A stretch of DNA of 64,000 nucleotides, taken from NCBI RefSeq assembly GCF_009914755.1, contig NC_060929.1; one strand, 5' to 3'. The translations under genes were made by a program, and so were the position numbers. Within the stretch, counting starts at the first letter, position 1, and each line of letters starts with the position of its first letter. Shown piece after piece: positions 61,316 through 64,000 of this stretch. The notes under the pieces were generated by a model. That model made no database searches. It was given only the letters and a program-made list of their open reading frames with translations, and had not been told where the DNA came from. Origin of the DNA: the human T2T-CHM13v2.0 reference genome, Homo sapiens.

Positions 61316-61912
61316 TGCAGCTTTATTCATAATTGCCAAAACTTGGAAGCAATCAAGGAGTCCCTCAGTAAGAGAATAGATACATAAACTGTGGCACGTC
61401 CAGACGATGGAACCTTATTCAACACTAAAAAGAAATGAGCTATCAAGCCATGAAAAGACATGGAGTAAACTTAAATGCATATTATTAAATTTAAAAAGTG
61501 AATCTAAAAAGGTGATGTACTGTATGATTCCAAATACATGATATTCTGGAAAAGACAAAACTATGAAGGCAGTAAAAAAATCAGTATTTGCCAGAGGTTG
61601 GTGGAGAGTGATGGATGAACAGGAGGAGCACAGAGGCTTTTTAAGACAGTGAAACTACTCTGTATAATACTCTCACGGTAGATATATGTTATTATACATT
61701 TGTCCAAACCCATAGAACGTATAACACCAAGAGTGAAACCTAATGTAAACTATGGACTATGGGTGATAATGAAGTGTCAGTGTGGCTTCATCATCATTTG
61801 TAACAAATGTGTCACTCTGGTGGGAGATACTGTTAATAAGGGAGGTTATGCAAGTGTGGGGAAGGGAGTGTATGGAAAATCTCTATTTTCCACTTAATTT
61901 TGTTGTGAACAT
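61316..61912 (+). mobile_element. L1MC1/2 3' end
   Basis: ttatacatttgtccaaacccatagaacgtataacaccaagagtgaaacctaatgtaaactatggactatgggtgataatg. Confidence 0.85.
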
Positions 61913-62536
61913 ATGATCTATTACTAAATAAGTTAATGATGACAAGTCAATCTGTGTACCATGGAGAATACTATGTTCCTGCACATGGTAGACATTTAGT
62001 AAATATAATGTAATATTTGATCAAGCTAAAGAATAAGTAAAATGAGAACTTAGACCAAGGAAAGATGAAATCATTTTGGCAGGGGTAATCTTAAAAAGAA
62101 ATGACAACAACAACAGATCATAGCCAGAGACATTTTGAATGAGTACCTTCATATTAGAATGGGTTTGGGAGTCAGGACATGTGTTATCTGAACATGAATT
62201 ATTCTACCTTTTCATTTATAAGGTCTATATGTATAATATTTACTTTATAGCTTTATGGTTAGGAATAAACAAGGTGGTACATGGATATCATTCAAATGAG
62301 TATAACTGGAAGTAGTACTTAGACGAAAATTAACTCACTGTATCGAGATTTCTGAAGCATGAACTTGACATTCCATTGTATTCCATATCCTATGGGACCA
62401 GTGCATTACCTGATGCAAAGTTAGAAACTAGTTAGCATGTGCTGAATGAATAACAAGGAAAGTATGCTGACAAGAAAGTACATACTGGATAAGAGTGATT
62501 TTCTAAGCCACATTGTGAAGAATTGTGGACAGAATC

Positions 62537-62562
62537 TTTTTTTTTTTTTTTTTTTTTTTTTT
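62537..62562. repeat. Poly-T run (~26 nt)
   Basis: Homopolymer. Confidence 0.9.
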
Positions 62563-62575
62563 AGTTTTACATGAC

Positions 62576-62660
62576 AGCCAGGCACGGTTGCTCACACCTG
62601 CAGTCCCAACACTCTGGGAGGCCAAGGCCGGTGGATCGTCTGAGGCCAGGGTTTTGAGAG
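62576..62660 (+). mobile_element. Alu left-arm/FLAM fragment
   Basis: gccaggcacggttgctcacacctgcagtcccaacactctgggaggccaaggccggtggatcgtctgaggccagg. Confidence 0.8.
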
Positions 62661-63110
62661 AGACGATATAGTCAGAATCTTAAAGGTCCAAAAATAAATA
62701 AATGGAAACTGATATTGGTACCTACTGTGTGTCTTTATAGTTTAAAATATGTGGTACAAAAAATTGTATATATTCTTCAAAAGTGTATTTGGTATTTTGA
62801 TTGACGAAATTGGGCCTTTAATATATGATAGCCATTATTACATATCCTATAATGTTCAAGAATTAATTAATTTATTAAGTCAATGACATTTCTTGAGTGC
62901 CTATAATGAGCTAAGTATCAGGGCAAAGCATAAAGCAAGACAATGCCCTGTTTTCATGAAGCTCATATTCTAAAACAAAAAAGTGATAATTATATTGATA
63001 ATTCTGATTTCATATTTCCTTGATTTATCAGATATCTGATAGAGACATCAAAATTATATGATAGTATATTCAATATCCTTTTAAAAAGCATACTTTAAGA
63101 ATACTTTCAC

Positions 63111-63411
63111 GATGGCTCACGCCTCTAATTCCTTTGGGATTTACAACTTTGGGAGGCGGAAGCAGGCAGATCATGAGGTTAGGAGTTCGAGACTAGTTTG
63201 GCCAAATAGTGAAACCCAGTCTCTACTAAAAATACAAAAATTAGCCTGGCATGGTGTGCGCGCCTGTAGTCCCAGCTACTTGGGAGACTGAGGCAAGAGA
63301 ATTGCTTGAACCCGGGAGATGGAAGGTTGTGGTGAGCCGAGATTGCATCACTGCACTCCAGCCTAGGCAAAAGAGTGATACTCCACCTCAAAAAAAAAAA
63401 AAAAAAAAAAA
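63111..63411 (+). mobile_element. AluSg-like, with a short insertion near the 5' end
   Basis: gatggctcacgcctctaattcc[tttgggatttac]aactttgggagg...gatcatgaggttaggagttcgagac; A tail; followed by an L1M 3' fragment to ~63540. Confidence 0.9.
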
Positions 63412-64000
63412 TTTACATACAGTAAAATTAACTCTTTTTAGCATACAGTTCTATAAATTTAGACAAATGCATAGAATTACATAACCACTACTGTAATCAA
63501 GATATAGAACAGTTTAATGAACCCCAAAAGTACCTTGTGAAAACAAATTATTGATAAAGATTTGAAAATTTTTAAAGAAAATAGAAATTTAACCGAGTCA
63601 ACCAATTAACTCAGAAATTATAAAAGTATAATTAAGCTCCATTAAGTGTAGTCTTAAGGCATATTTAACCTCAAGAAACAGAAACCAGTGCAAAGTAATT
63701 TAAGTTAAAACAAGGAAAAAACACAGGATACAGTCTTTGTTAGTGAAGACAGCAGCATCTTTCATAGATGAAATGAAATGTCAGTACTCACTGGAACTTT
63801 AGATTTGTTTAGTCCACTACTCACTTGATCTTCTTTTTGTGGTCAGCATAATTGTTTATCTTTGTAGTTCTCTGAGAAACTGTCCACTTGGTAGTGATGG
63901 CTGTTCCAAAAAGGCATCCCCAAGCCATGAGTCCCTGTTATCTTACAAAATCTGTACTCACATGGAATAAATGTATGCCTGAATTCAGGTCCCAAATTCC

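Overview
AT-rich human genomic DNA. The species call rests on an AluYb8, a human-specific Alu subfamily. The window looks intergenic or deep-intronic, and roughly half of it is transposon-derived. It holds nested L1 elements of many ages, several Alus, a complete THE1 MaLR provirus inside an L1PA, two ERV9 solo LTRs (LTR12F, LTR12C-like), L2/MIR/MER/MLT relics and a ~3.6 kb compound TA-rich minisatellite. I recognise no host protein-coding gene. The supplied ORFs are repeat-derived or random, and the only real protein remnants are L1 ORF2 fragments and a decayed THE1 internal ORF. I found no convincing new biological system. The most unusual signals are (i) a 128-bp dispersed duplication inserted between inverted repeats, (ii) an inverted templated replacement inside LTR12, (iii) the large hairpin-prone TA array, (iv) a twin-primed L1 with a later Alu-L1 deletion junction, and (v) several candidate minus-strand small exons near a CpG-retaining unique island at ~49 kb. 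Subfamily names come from recalled consensus sequences, not alignments, and boundaries of old elements are approximate.
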